Positions 11,565-21,223 of a stretch of DNA of 64,000 bases are shown here, one piece after another (the stretch's first letter is position 1; every line of letters begins with the position of its first letter). The DNA is taken from assembly GCA_013336275.1 (NCBI GenBank), contig JAAXUA010000002.1, positions 45,057-109,056 of the forward strand, in the 5' to 3' direction. The position numbers and the translations under genes were made by a program. The stretch is from Candidatus Falkowbacteria bacterium. GTDB taxonomy: Bacteria; Patescibacteriota; Patescibacteriia; Patescibacteriales; GWE2-39-37. The notes under the pieces are model-generated. The model was not told the origin of the DNA. It was given only the letters and a program-made list of their open reading frames with translations, and did not search any database.

Positions 11565-14500
11565 ATGCTTAATCCTATCAAAACGACCGACTTCGATGCG
11601 ATCAAGCTCAAGCTCGCTTCTCCGGACGCGATCATGGGCTGGTCACATGGCGAAGTGACTCGGCCGGAAACGATCAATTACAGGACGCAGAAGCCGGAAA
11701 AGGACGGTTTGTTCTGCGAGCGCATCTTCGGTCCGTCGAAGGACTGGGAGTGCTACTGCGGGCGCTACAAGAAGATCCGCTACAAGGGCATCATCTGCGA
11801 CAAGTGCGGCGTGGAAGTCACCCGCTCGATCGTCCGCCGCGAACGCATGGGTCACATCACCCTGCAGGCTCCGGTAACCCATATCTGGTTTTTGCGCGGC
11901 ATCTCTTCGAAGATCGGCTTGATTTTCGATCTGTCGATGCAGGCTTTGGAGAAGGTAGTCTATTTCGCCAGCTTCATCATCATGGATGTCAACGAAGAGC
12001 TGAAGGAGGCGACTATCGAGCAGATCAAGCAGGAATTCAAATCCAAGAAGAAGTCTTTGGAATCAGAGTTCGCCAACCAGGTCAACGAGATCAAGAACCG
12101 CAAGGCCAAGCTGTTGCAGCAGGGCAAGACCGAGCTGGAGATCGATCAGGAAATCAATGAGGAAATCGAATCCTTGACCAAGATCCGCGACGAGAAGACC
12201 GAGGCTCTGAACCAGGCCTTCGAGCAGGCCCAGAAGGAATTGAAGGAACTGAAGCCTTTTGCCATCATCTCCGAGAGCACCTATCAGAATTTGAGCTTGA
12301 AATACGGCCATATCTTCGAAGCTGGTATCGGCGCGGAGGCTATCCGTCGCCTGTTGGCCAGCATCGACTTAGCCGAGTCCATTGAGAAGCTGGAGCAGGA
12401 GATGCTTGAAGCCAACGAGACCAAGAAGTCCCGCCTGGTCCGCCGCTTGAAGCTGTTGAAGAGCTTGCAGGCCAATGACATCAGGCCGGAATGGATGATT
12501 ATGACTGTCATCCCGGTCATCCCGCCGGATCTGCGCCCGATGGTACCGCTCGATGGCGGACGTTTTGCCACTTCCGACTTGAACGACCTGTACCGCCGCG
12601 TCATCAATCGCAATAACCGCTTGAAACAGTTGATTGACCTATCCGCTCCGGAAGTTATCTGCCGCAACGAGAAACGCATGCTTCAGGAAGCGGTCGACGC
12701 TTTGATCGATAATTCGGCTCGCCATGGCAAGACCGTGGTGGCTTCGACCGGCCAGAAGCGCATGCTCAAATCCTTGGCTGATTCGCTCAAGGGCAAGCAG
12801 GGCCGTTTCCGCCAGAACTTGCTCGGTAAGCGTATCGACTACTCCGGCCGTTCCGTTATCGTGGTCAACCCGAATCTCCATCTTGACCAGTGCGGTCTGC
12901 CGAAGACTATGGCCATCGAGCTGTTCAAGCCGTTTATCATCAGCCAATTGATCAAAAAAGAAATAGTCCACAATGTCCGCAGCGCTTCCCGCTATATCGA
13001 AGCCGGACACGACGAAGTTTGGGACATCTTGGAAAAGATCATTTCCGAGGCTTATGTCTTCCTGAACCGCGCTCCGACCCTGCATCGTCTAGGTATCCAG
13101 GCTTTTAAGCCGATCTTGATCGAAGGCAAGGCCCTGCAAATCCATCCTTTGGTCTGTACCGCTTTCAACGCCGACTTCGACGGTGACCAGATGGCCGTCC
13201 ATGTGCCGCTGACCAAGGAGGCTGTGGCCGAAGCCCGCGACCTGATGCTGGCCTCTCACAACCTCTTGAAACCGGCGACCGGCGATCCGATCGTCGCACC
13301 GGCTCAAGACATCGTCTGGGGCGCTTTCTATATGACTGTCATCAAGGGCGAAGAGAAGGAAGACAAATATCTCAAGAATTTCTCCTCGGCGCTTGAAGCT
13401 GAGTTGGCTTACAGCTTGGGCGAATTGAAGATGCATGACTTGGTCCGCGTCCGCGTCAACGGCGAGATGATCCGCACCACTATCGGACGCCTGCTCTTCA
13501 ACGACGTACTGCCGGAAAAATTGCAGTTCGTCAACTCCGTAGTCGGCAAGAGCAAGCTGAAGAATCTGATCAAGGATTGCTTACGCCATTACGGCGAGGA
13601 ACGCACCGTGCGTTTCGTCGATGAATTGAAGCATGTTACGTTAAAATATATCACCAAATCCGGCTTGTCCTGGGGCATGGGCGACCTGCCCGACTTCACT
13701 GAGCGCGAACAGATGATCAGCGAGGCCAACGACAAGGTCGACAAGATCCAGGAGCAGTACGAAGAGGGCTTGCTGACCGACAGCGAGCGCTACGGCAAGG
13801 TCATTGAGACCTGGACCGACGTCAAGGAAAAGATCACCGACCTCTGTAAGACCGGCTTGCCGGTCGACGGCCCGGTCTATTCGATGATCGAATCCGGCGC
13901 TCGCGGTTCGTGGGCTCAGCTGACTCAGATTATCGGTATGAAAGGTTTGGTGACCTCGCCTTCAGGCGACATCATCGAGTTGCCGGTCCGCGGTAACTTC
14001 AATAAGGGTTTCGGCGTTTTGGAATACTTTATCTCCACCCATGGTGTGCGTAAAGGTTTGTCCGATACCGCCTTGCGTACCGCCAACGCCGGTTACTTGA
14101 CCCGCCGCTTGGTCGATGTTTCCCAGGATGTCGTCATCATGTCTGATGACTGCGGCGACACCAAGGGCATTGTCTATACCAAGAAAGAAAGCGAAGAGTC
14201 CGGCCATGACTTGCTGAAGCGTATCGTCGGCCGTTTCTTGGCCTCGGATCTCAAGAACGCTGAAGGCAAGGTCCTTCTCGCTGCTGATACTCTGGTAACA
14301 GAGCAGGAAGCCGATGACATGAAAGGCGAGTTGATCGAAGAGGCTAATATCCGTTCCGTATTAAGCTGCAAGATGCATAAGGGTATCTGTGCCAAGTGTT
14401 ACGGCTACGATTTGGCCTACAACCAGCCGGTTAAGATGGGCACCGCTGTCGGTATCATTGCCGCACAGTCCATCGGTGAACCGGGTACCCAGCTGACCAT

Positions 14501-15497
14501 GAGAACCTTCCATACCGGCGGTGTGGCTGGCCTTGAAGATATCACCCAAGGTTTGCCGCGCGTCGAAGAAATCTTCGAATCACGCAGCCCGAAGCGCAAA
14601 GCCTTCATTTCCGATGTCGATGGCACGGTCAAGATCGAGACTGCGCAGCGCACGATCGAAGATGAGCACGGCAAGACCGTCCTCGTTTCCAATCCTCAAG
14701 TCAAGATCCTAAAAATATATCATCGCGGCCACGAATCCGAGAAGTACCTATTCGCTGATGCGGCCGAGAATAAGAAAGAGGCCAAGAAGGTCGTGGCTAA
14801 GGTTTTGGTCAAGGAAGGCCAGACCGTACATAAGGGCGATGAGCTTTTCGCTGTCGGCGATGTCGTGATGACTGCCAAGCAGAGCGGTACCGTCAAGATC
14901 GAGGACAAGGCCGTCAAGGTGACCAGCGAAGTGGATAAGGTGAAGGAATATATTATCCCCAAAGGCTATAATGTCTGGGTCAAGAACGACCAGGAAGTGA
15001 AGCGCGGCGATCAGCTGACCGAGGGCAATATGGACCTGCAGCAGCTCTATCAGCTTAGGAACCGCATCGAGACCCAGAAATATATCATCCGCGAGATCCA
15101 ATCGGTTTATTCTTCGCAGGGTCAGCCATTGAACGATAAGCACGTCGAAATAATCGCGCGCCAGATGTTCTCCCGCGTCTTTGTGCAGGATGCCGGCGAA
15201 ACCGACTTGCTGCCTGGAGAAGTCGTGGAGAAATCGATCTTCGACCGCGCTAACGAGGCAGCTGTGTCTGACGGCAAGGTTGAAGCTAAGGGCGATGAAT
15301 TGCTCTTGGGCATGACCAAGACTTCGCTTTCGACCGACAGCTTCCTCTCTGCCGCTTCGTTCCAGGAGACCGCCAAGGTCCTGATCGAGGCCGCAGTTAC
15401 AGGCAAGATCGACAACCTCGAGGGCTTGAAAGAAAATGTTATCATCGGCCGTTTGATCCCGGCCGGCACCGGTTACAAGCATCGAGAAAAGAACTAG
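11565..15497 (+). CDS. rpoC: DNA-directed RNA polymerase subunit beta'
   Basis: 1310 aa. Zn-finger [23 protein letters not shown], catalytic [12 protein letters not shown], and trigger-loop/bridge regions. Starts 23 nt after rpoB. Confidence 0.98.
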   Translation: MLNPIKTTDFDAIKLKLASPDAIMGWSHGEVTRPETINYRTQKPEKDGLFCERIFGPSKDWECYCGRYKKIRYKGIICDKCGVEVTRSIVRRERMGHITLQAPVTHIWFLRGISSKIGLIFDLSMQALEKVVYFASFIIMDVNEELKEATIEQIKQEFKSKKKSLESEFANQVNEIKNRKAKLLQQGKTELEIDQEINEEIESLTKIRDEKTEALNQAFEQAQKELKELKPFAIISESTYQNLSLKYGHIFEAGIGAEAIRRLLASIDLAESIEKLEQEMLEANETKKSRLVRRLKLLKSLQANDIRPEWMIMTVIPVIPPDLRPMVPLDGGRFATSDLNDLYRRVINRNNRLKQLIDLSAPEVICRNEKRMLQEAVDALIDNSARHGKTVVASTGQKRMLKSLADSLKGKQGRFRQNLLGKRIDYSGRSVIVVNPNLHLDQCGLPKTMAIELFKPFIISQLIKKEIVHNVRSASRYIEAGHDEVWDILEKIISEAYVFLNRAPTLHRLGIQAFKPILIEGKALQIHPLVCTAFNADFDGDQMAVHVPLTKEAVAEARDLMLASHNLLKPATGDPIVAPAQDIVWGAFYMTVIKGEEKEDKYLKNFSSALEAELAYSLGELKMHDLVRVRVNGEMIRTTIGRLLFNDVLPEKLQFVNSVVGKSKLKNLIKDCLRHYGEERTVRFVDELKHVTLKYITKSGLSWGMGDLPDFTEREQMISEANDKVDKIQEQYEEGLLTDSERYGKVIETWTDVKEKITDLCKTGLPVDGPVYSMIESGARGSWAQLTQIIGMKGLVTSPSGDIIELPVRGNFNKGFGVLEYFISTHGVRKGLSDTALRTANAGYLTRRLVDVSQDVVIMSDDCGDTKGIVYTKKESEESGHDLLKRIVGRFLASDLKNAEGKVLLAADTLVTEQEADDMKGELIEEANIRSVLSCKMHKGICAKCYGYDLAYNQPVKMGTAVGIIAAQSIGEPGTQLTMRTFHTGGVAGLEDITQGLPRVEEIFESRSPKRKAFISDVDGTVKIETAQRTIEDEHGKTVLVSNPQVKILKIYHRGHESEKYLFADAAENKKEAKKVVAKVLVKEGQTVHKGDELFAVGDVVMTAKQSGTVKIEDKAVKVTSEVDKVKEYIIPKGYNVWVKNDQEVKRGDQLTEGNMDLQQLYQLRNRIETQKYIIREIQSVYSSQGQPLNDKHVEIIARQMFSRVFVQDAGETDLLPGEVVEKSIFDRANEAAVSDGKVEAKGDELLLGMTKTSLSTDSFLSAASFQETAKVLIEAAVTGKIDNLEGLKENVIIGRLIPAGTGYKHREKN

Positions 15498-15520
15498 TTT
15501 ATCTGTTCTTTAAGATACTA

Positions 15521-15559
15521 AATCAAAAGACCTCCGATTCATCGGAGGTCTTTTGATTT
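15521..15559. terminator. Bidirectional terminator hairpin between the convergent rpoC and DUF2283-like genes
   Basis: aatcaaaagacctccga-ttca-tcggaggtcttttgatt, a roughly 17-bp near-perfect stem with A/T runs on both sides. It overlaps the minus-strand stop codon. Confidence 0.8.
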
Positions 15560-15776
15560 ACTGAGTATCGAGCGTAGAGAGAAATTTTTTCAACTTCGGA
15601 CTGGCACTAGCTTTTTCAAAGTCGCCCAGGAATTTAGAAGCATCGAGCATTTCTATGAGAACCGGCTTACCAAGTGCAGAGAAGTGGATAATGAGGTTGC
15701 CGAATTCTTTGGTTTGGGCAATGGGGTCGGCTGCCAGTTCCCACCAGGCGATATTTGATTCAGTGTCGTATTGCAT
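15558..15776 (-). CDS. DUF2283-like small protein (putative antitoxin partner)
   Basis: 72 aa. MQYDTESNIAWWEL...LIIHFSALGKPVLIEMLDASKFL resembles the YDxExD...IEIL pattern of DUF2283. Confidence 0.55.
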   Translation of the reverse strand: MQYDTESNIAWWELAADPIAQTKEFGNLIIHFSALGKPVLIEMLDASKFLGDFEKASASPKLKKFLSTLDTQ

Positions 15777-15786
15777 ATTGTCCCAT

Positions 15787-16005
15787 CTAGACTTTTACTG
15801 GGTAAAAGGTGAGAACGCGGATGACTTCGGCCTGCTTTTGATAAATTACTCGCCATTCATCCTTGGTAGCGGAAAAATATTTTCCCTTTTTGGAAACTTT
15901 ATCTGGAGATTTTATGGCGTCCTGTATCTGCTCCTTGATGACGTAAACCTTATGCTTCTGTAGGATATCGAATTTTTGATTGGCGTAGGCGGTAAAATAA
16001 ATCAT
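15787..16005 (-). CDS. DUF4258-like small protein (putative toxin partner)
   Basis: 72 aa. Layout YANQKFDILQKHKV..IKEQIQDAIKSPDKV....RVLTFYPVK resembles DUF4258. It lies 10 nt upstream of the DUF2283-like ORF. Confidence 0.45.
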   Translation of the reverse strand: MIYFTAYANQKFDILQKHKVYVIKEQIQDAIKSPDKVSKKGKYFSATKDEWRVIYQKQAEVIRVLTFYPVKV

Positions 16006-16007
16006 AA

Positions 16008-16988
16008 TCAGTATTGTTTGACTCGCAAACCGTTAGAGCCGTACATCTTGTTGACTTGTGCAGCGGTATAGATACCAATAGCGCCCCCTGGTGTCCTTGC
16101 CTTGTTGCCGTGCGAGTCTGCATACCGGCCGTTGCCAAGAGAAATTAAGACATGACCGAATGTTTTTCCGTTGTCCCCTTGTTTCCATCCAACTAGCGTT
16201 CCTTCTGGCAAACTACCAAGCGTTCCGGTGTCATATTTTTTTATAGCGGTATTGGAAAATATCGTTCCAGTGCCGCCGTTAATGCTGATGTTTTTGCTGC
16301 TTTTTAGGACATATGCAGCGAAGCCTGAACAGTCAAAGCAGATTGTTCCGTTAGGCCCTTGGCCGCCTTTGCCGAAGCAATCGCCAGGCTTAATGGTTGA
16401 GTTCAAGCCGTAGGTGACTTTCCCGACAGCTGAGGCGACAATATCAGCAACGCTTCCGCTTTGCAGCAGCTTCGCTGTCGATGCAGTGGTCGTCATGCCA
16501 GAGTCAAGAGAGTCTTCGGTGTCGCCAAGGTTATATTTTTCGATGATTTTTATTTCCAGAGAGGTGCCATTTATGATAGCCGGATTTATTTGCTGTAGCA
16601 CAGTGTAAGATGCCATCATTAGAACTAATCCGGTTATGCTGCCACCGATCCATGCCTTGGCTTCGGAAATCCGCGTGGCATTGCCGGCTGAGGTAAGCCA
16701 AAGCAATCCGCCGAACATCATGCCCACAGTAGCAATAATGCCGATTACGGCAACGGCGTAGTTGTAGAGGCCGGCAATGTATTCCCAAATCCAATTATTG
16801 CACATGTTGTCGCCGCACTGGGCCGGCTCGCTGAAACGCTGCATTCCAGGAATTTTTATCTGCAAGCTATCAGTGGGATTTTTGATGTTCGGCATTTCAA
16901 CATCAGATGCTTGCGCAGGATAAAAAACCGAAAAGAATGCAGGAATGATAAAAAACAGGAGAAGGATTTTTTTTGGGGAGTATTTCAT
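16008..16988 (-). CDS. Secreted VirB2/TrbC-type T4SS-pilin-domain protein fused to a C-terminal NlpC/P60 cysteine peptidase domain
   Basis: Signal peptide. Pilin-like two-helix core IATVGMMFGGLLWLTSAGNATRISEAKAWIGGSITGLVLMMASY (about 16584-16811). C-terminal FDCSGFAAYV...GHVLISLG...DSH, the NlpC/P60 Cys-His-His layout (about 16011-16466). Confidence 0.65.
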   Translation of the reverse strand: MKYSPKKILLLFFIIPAFFSVFYPAQASDVEMPNIKNPTDSLQIKIPGMQRFSEPAQCGDNMCNNWIWEYIAGLYNYAVAVIGIIATVGMMFGGLLWLTSAGNATRISEAKAWIGGSITGLVLMMASYTVLQQINPAIINGTSLEIKIIEKYNLGDTEDSLDSGMTTTASTAKLLQSGSVADIVASAVGKVTYGLNSTIKPGDCFGKGGQGPNGTICFDCSGFAAYVLKSSKNISINGGTGTIFSNTAIKKYDTGTLGSLPEGTLVGWKQGDNGKTFGHVLISLGNGRYADSHGNKARTPGGAIGIYTAAQVNKMYGSNGLRVKQY

Positions 16989-17797
16989 TATTTATTTTTA
17001 CATCTTGCCACGACATTGGCCCACGATGTATAAAATTCGCACATCTTGTTTGCTTCGAAAGAATATGTGCCAGCGTAAGTCGGGTTAAGGGAGGCTTGTG
17101 AGCAACTTGAAATGTCATTGGCTGATTTACACTCTTTCCATTCGGAGCCATCTTTTCCTAAGAGACAGCAGCCGCTTTGGGTCGTGATAGCGTAAGGGTT
17201 CTCGCATTTTTTTGTAGTAGTATTGCACATGCCGCCGGACATCCAGGTATCGGGGCAGCGGCTTTTGGGAACGCCTGCTTGGCAGCTTGACCATCCTTCT
17301 TGCTGCGGACAGCAGCCTTCTCCGCCGGTGCCGGTATTGGGGTCAGCCTTCTTCTCTTTTATCTGGGCAATGCCAGTCGTTCGCAGATTAACCAGGTCAG
17401 TATTGATCGTCGCCAGTAAAATATATGCGCCGAATGCTAAAAGCAATCCGGTTATCGATGAAGTGATATATGTTTTGGCTGAACTAATCTTATCCGGGCT
17501 GCCGCCTGCCGTCAGCCAGACTACACCGCCGATCATCATAAATACAGTAGCCAGGATGCCGGCGACACCGGACAGATATTTGAAAAATGTTTTGATGTAC
17601 TCCGCGATTGGACGAGTGTCCGTGACGTTGGTGAAATCGATTTGATTCGGCTGTCCTGGAATCTGCACTTGAGGGGTGAATTTAACCTCGGTCGCAGACG
17701 CGCTATCGGCTAGGCTTACAAAAAACAATAATGTCGACAGAAATATTAAGCCGTTTACTATGATGAATATTTTTTTACTCATAACCATAGGGTTCAT
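16988..17797 (-). CDS. Secreted VirB2/TrbC-type T4SS-pilin-domain protein with a 12-Cys C-terminal domain
   Basis: Signal peptide. Core ILATVFMMIGGVVWLTAGGSPDKISSAKTYITSSITGLLLAFGAY (about 17393-17620). The C-terminal 110 aa carry 12 Cys, including two CC pairs (about 16991-17320). Its stop overlaps the start of the downstream ORF. Confidence 0.65.
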   Translation of the reverse strand: MNPMVMSKKIFIIVNGLIFLSTLLFFVSLADSASATEVKFTPQVQIPGQPNQIDFTNVTDTRPIAEYIKTFFKYLSGVAGILATVFMMIGGVVWLTAGGSPDKISSAKTYITSSITGLLLAFGAYILLATINTDLVNLRTTGIAQIKEKKADPNTGTGGEGCCPQQEGWSSCQAGVPKSRCPDTWMSGGMCNTTTKKCENPYAITTQSGCCLLGKDGSEWKECKSANDISSCSQASLNPTYAGTYSFEANKMCEFYTSWANVVARCKNK

Positions 17798-18486
17798 TTT
17801 TTGATTAAATCGTCGATTATTTTTTGCCAGATGTCTAGCGGCAAATCACCATCAACCTTGGTACCGTTAATCAGCCAAGTCGGCGTGCCTTTGACGCCGA
17901 TCTTGTCTGCATATTCCAGGTTGGCCAATATCTTGTATTGTTCACCTTGGCTCGCCATACATTTGGTAAAGCCATAGGGCTTGACCCCGACTTGTTCGGC
18001 TAATTTGACCAGGTCTGAAGTTGAGGCAATCTTTCCTTGATTCTGAAAAAGCTTGTCGTGCATAGGCCAGAATTTTCCTTGTTGTCCGGCGCACCTCGCA
18101 GCTAAGGCCAAATCAAGAGATTGTTCACTGATGTTAGGGTAGTCACGAAAAACTATTTTGACGTCGTCTTGGTATTTTGAACCTAGCGAGCGTATTTTTG
18201 AGAAGCTGGATTTCGAATTCGGACAAGAAAAGTCACTGAATTCTACTATGGTTATCTTAGGCGAGCTGGTGCCGAACCAATAGTTATCTTGTCCTTCCGT
18301 ATCAGAGTAGTTGTTACCCGAGGCGACACTGGAAAGCTGTTTGCTTTGGTAATTTTTGGCGGCAAAAAAGGCAGCTGTAAAAACAGTGATGACTAGGGCC
18401 AGAAAAATCCATAATAAAATCGCCCACCAGCGCAAAGGCCACGGACGTTTATTTATTATATTTGTTTGAGGATCAAGTTGAGCCAT
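17794..18486 (-). CDS. Membrane-anchored DsbA-family thioredoxin-fold protein with a CPNS (CxxS) active site
   Basis: Preferred start is MAQLDPQ (ATG at 18486); the track's upstream extension looks non-coding. FSDFSCPNSKS at 18214-18225, and ARCAGQQGKFWPMHDKLF is shared with the paralog at 62202. ATGA overlap with the downstream pilin gene. Confidence 0.7.
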   Translation of the reverse strand: MAQLDPQTNIINKRPWPLRWWAILLWIFLALVITVFTAAFFAAKNYQSKQLSSVASGNNYSDTEGQDNYWFGTSSPKITIVEFSDFSCPNSKSSFSKIRSLGSKYQDDVKIVFRDYPNISEQSLDLALAARCAGQQGKFWPMHDKLFQNQGKIASTSDLVKLAEQVGVKPYGFTKCMASQGEQYKILANLEYADKIGVKGTPTWLINGTKVDGDLPLDIWQKIIDDLIKK

Positions 18487-18671
18487 TTGGATAAAAAGTA
18501 TTTTTATTATACCATAATAATCATGAGCAAACAAAATCATGAAACGGCCGAAAAAATGGTTGAGCAAAAAGCTGGTCGCCGCCAGAAAAAGGGGCGCCCA
18601 AAGATGCGCGTAGCAGGTACTTCGGTCAAAGAATTGCAAAAATTGATTATCAAGCGTTCGAAAATCAGGGT

Positions 18672-18699
18672 TTGACTATTTTCACAATAAGGGTAAAAT
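18672..18699 (+). promoter_or_regulatory. Promoter candidate for leuS
   Basis: TTGACT (18672-18677), a 16-nt spacer, then TAAAAT (18694-18699), about 40 nt upstream of the leuS ATG. Confidence 0.5.
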
Positions 18700-18739
18700 T
18701 ACCTAGTAATTATATTTGCTTAAATTAGCCTAAAATACT

Positions 18740-21181
18740 ATGGAAAAGTATAATTTTTCTGAAAATGAAGCCAAGTGGCAAAAATATTGGCTGGATAACG
18801 GCTTATTTGCCGCTGATGATGACTCAAAAAAGCCTAAAAAATACATATTGGACATGTTTCCTTATCCTTCCGGAGCAGGGCTGCATATCGGCCACGTCGA
18901 GTCCTATACGGCGACCGATATCTACTCACGCTACTGCCGCCTAAAAGGATTCAACGTGCTTCATCCCCAGGGCTGGGACGCTTTCGGCTTGCCGGCAGAG
19001 AATTATGCTATCAAGACCGGAGTTCACCCCTCGGAAACAACCAAGGAGTCTATCGCTACGTTCATCAGGCAGATCAACTCGATGGGCTTTTCTTATGATT
19101 GGTCGCGCGAAGTCAATTCCTCTGATCCCGGGTACTACAAGTGGACACAGTGGCTGTTTTTGTTGTTTTACAAAAATGGGCTGGCTTATAAGAAAAAGGC
19201 CAAGGTCAATTGGTGCGATAGCTGTCAGACGGTTTTGGCTAACGAGCAGGCCGAGGGCGGAGTCTGTGATCGCTGCGGCAGCTCGGTGGTGCAGAAGGAC
19301 CTGGAGCAATGGTTTTTCAAGATTTCTGATTTCATAGAGGACCAGACAGCTGGAGGCAAAACGATCAGGGGCCTATTGTCCGGCCTGGATGACGTTGATT
19401 GGCCCGAATCTACCAAGGCGGCACAGAAAAATTGGATTGGCCGTTCAGAGGGCGCAGAAATAGATTTCAAAATCAAAGACAGCGAGCTGAAAATAAAGGT
19501 TTTCACCACTCGTGTCGATACTATTTTCGGCTGCACCTATGTCGTGGTGGCACCCGAACACCCCCTGATCGGACGTTTGAATGACACCATAAAGAACGGC
19601 CAGCAGGTTGCTGATTATCTGGAGTCTGCCAGAGCCAAAACCGACCTGGACCGCATGGAGGCCAAGGATAAGACTGGCATCGCCCTTGAAGGCATAACCG
19701 CCATCAATCCCTTCAACAACGAAGAGGTGCCGGTTTTCGTGGCCGACTACGTCTTGGGCAACTATGGCACGGGTGCGGTCATGGCTGTGCCGGCTCACGA
19801 TGAGCGCGATTGGGAATTCGCCAAGAAATATGATTTGAAAATAGTCGAAGTGATTTCATCGGGCGAGGGAAACCCCGCTTTAGAGGCGGCTTTTACCGAT
19901 GACGGAGTCTTGGTGAATTCTAGAGAGTATGATGGCTTGGCTTCAGCGGCTGCCCGCAAGCAGCTCTCGGTTTGGCTGGTTGAGACCGGCAACGGCGGCG
20001 TTAAAGTAAATTATAAGTTGCGTGATTGGCTGATCAGCCGCCAGCGTTATTGGGGTGCACCGATTCCGATCATCTATTGCGATGTCTGCGGCGCCGTGCC
20101 GGTACCGGAAAAAGACTTGCCGGTCATACTGCCTACGGACGTCGATTTCAAGCCGACCGGTGAATCGCCCTTGGTCGGTTCGAAAACTTTCCATGACGTT
20201 GTTTGCCCGAATTGCGGAGCGAAGGCCAGGCGTGAGTCCGATACTATGGATACTTTCGTGTGCTCGTCTTGGTATTATCTGCGCTATGCCGACCCCAAGA
20301 ATGATGAGTTCTTCGCCAGCGATGAAGCGCTCAAGCGCTGGCTGCCGGTCGACGTCTATCTGGGCGGAGCAGAGCACACGGTACTGCATCTGTTGTATGC
20401 CCGTTTTTTCACCAAAGTTTTACATAAGTTGGGTTACGTGGATTTCAACGAGCCATTTTTGAAGTTGCGCCATCAAGGCATAATTCTGGGCGCCGACGGC
20501 AACAAGATGAGCAAATCAAAGGGCAATGTCGTCAATCCTGACGAAGTGGTCGCCTTGGTTGGGGCCGATGCTTTGAGAATGTACGAGATGTTCATGGGCC
20601 CCCTTGAAGAGATGAAACCCTGGAACACTCAAGGCATTGTCGGGATTACCAGGTTTCTAGACAGGACATGGCAATTGCAAGAGAAAATTAGCACCCAGCC
20701 ATTAGAAGGACTAGATAAGGACATGGAATCATTGATGCACAAGACCATTAAGAAAGTGACTGAAGATATAGAAGCTTTCAAATTCAATACCGCCATTTCA
20801 GCTTTGATGATCATGCTGAATGAGTTTGAAAAGAGAAAAGAAATTCCTAGGGAATATTTTTCATTATTTACCGTCTTGTTGTCTCCGTTTGCGCCGCACC
20901 TGGCCGAGGAGCTTTGGCAGCGCTTAGGCAGCGGGGGCAGTGTAGCGCTCGGAACATGGCCGGAATATGATATTGAAAAGACCAAGGATCAGGTGGTCAA
21001 GTTGGTAATCCAAGTCAATGGCAAGGTTAGGGAGATGGTTGATGTCGAGCCAGGCCTTGACGAGACTTCTGCCAGATCTTTGGCTGAGGCCAATCAGGCT
21101 GTGCTGAAATGGCTTGACGGCAAGGAGATAAAAAAAGTTATTTACGTTCAGGATAAGCTGATAAATATCGTAGCCGCATAG
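18740..21181 (+). CDS. leuS: Leucine--tRNA ligase
   Basis: 813 aa. HIGH motif (PYPSGAGLHIGHV), KMSKS motif (KMSKSKGN), and a CP1 editing region. Confidence 0.97.
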   Translation: MEKYNFSENEAKWQKYWLDNGLFAADDDSKKPKKYILDMFPYPSGAGLHIGHVESYTATDIYSRYCRLKGFNVLHPQGWDAFGLPAENYAIKTGVHPSETTKESIATFIRQINSMGFSYDWSREVNSSDPGYYKWTQWLFLLFYKNGLAYKKKAKVNWCDSCQTVLANEQAEGGVCDRCGSSVVQKDLEQWFFKISDFIEDQTAGGKTIRGLLSGLDDVDWPESTKAAQKNWIGRSEGAEIDFKIKDSELKIKVFTTRVDTIFGCTYVVVAPEHPLIGRLNDTIKNGQQVADYLESARAKTDLDRMEAKDKTGIALEGITAINPFNNEEVPVFVADYVLGNYGTGAVMAVPAHDERDWEFAKKYDLKIVEVISSGEGNPALEAAFTDDGVLVNSREYDGLASAAARKQLSVWLVETGNGGVKVNYKLRDWLISRQRYWGAPIPIIYCDVCGAVPVPEKDLPVILPTDVDFKPTGESPLVGSKTFHDVVCPNCGAKARRESDTMDTFVCSSWYYLRYADPKNDEFFASDEALKRWLPVDVYLGGAEHTVLHLLYARFFTKVLHKLGYVDFNEPFLKLRHQGIILGADGNKMSKSKGNVVNPDEVVALVGADALRMYEMFMGPLEEMKPWNTQGIVGITRFLDRTWQLQEKISTQPLEGLDKDMESLMHKTIKKVTEDIEAFKFNTAISALMIMLNEFEKRKEIPREYFSLFTVLLSPFAPHLAEELWQRLGSGGSVALGTWPEYDIEKTKDQVVKLVIQVNGKVREMVDVEPGLDETSARSLAEANQAVLKWLDGKEIKKVIYVQDKLINIVAA

Positions 21182-21185
21182 ACAT

Positions 21186-21217
21186 AAAAAAACACCCGCG
21201 AAAGCGGTTGTTTTTTT
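21186..21217. terminator. Bidirectional terminator between the convergent leuS and secreted-protein genes
   Basis: aaaaaaacacccgc-gaaa-gcggttgttttttt: a GC stem with a GAAA loop, flanked by an A-run and a T-run. Confidence 0.7.
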
Positions 21218-21223
21218 ATATTG

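Noticed and set aside
18487-18639. The track's longer N-terminus for the DsbA-like gene (start at 18639). Similar 5' extensions appear at 44727 (amidohydrolase), 62162 (radA), 58083 (recG), 23608 and 2773.
   Set aside because: The extensions translate to non-protein-like sequence or run into promoter or hairpin regions. Internal ATGs give canonical N-termini: the radA Zn finger, AAGGAG before 44676, and the MAQLDPQ anchor.
18523-18675. A 50-aa very basic ORF (MSKQNHETAEKMVEQKAGRRQKKGRPKM..., with a GRP AT-hook-like core) in the dsbA-like/leuS divergent region
   Set aside because: It has no RBS, overlaps the predicted leuS -35 element, and has composition compatible with chance in an A-rich spacer. 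It is kept only as a low-priority candidate.
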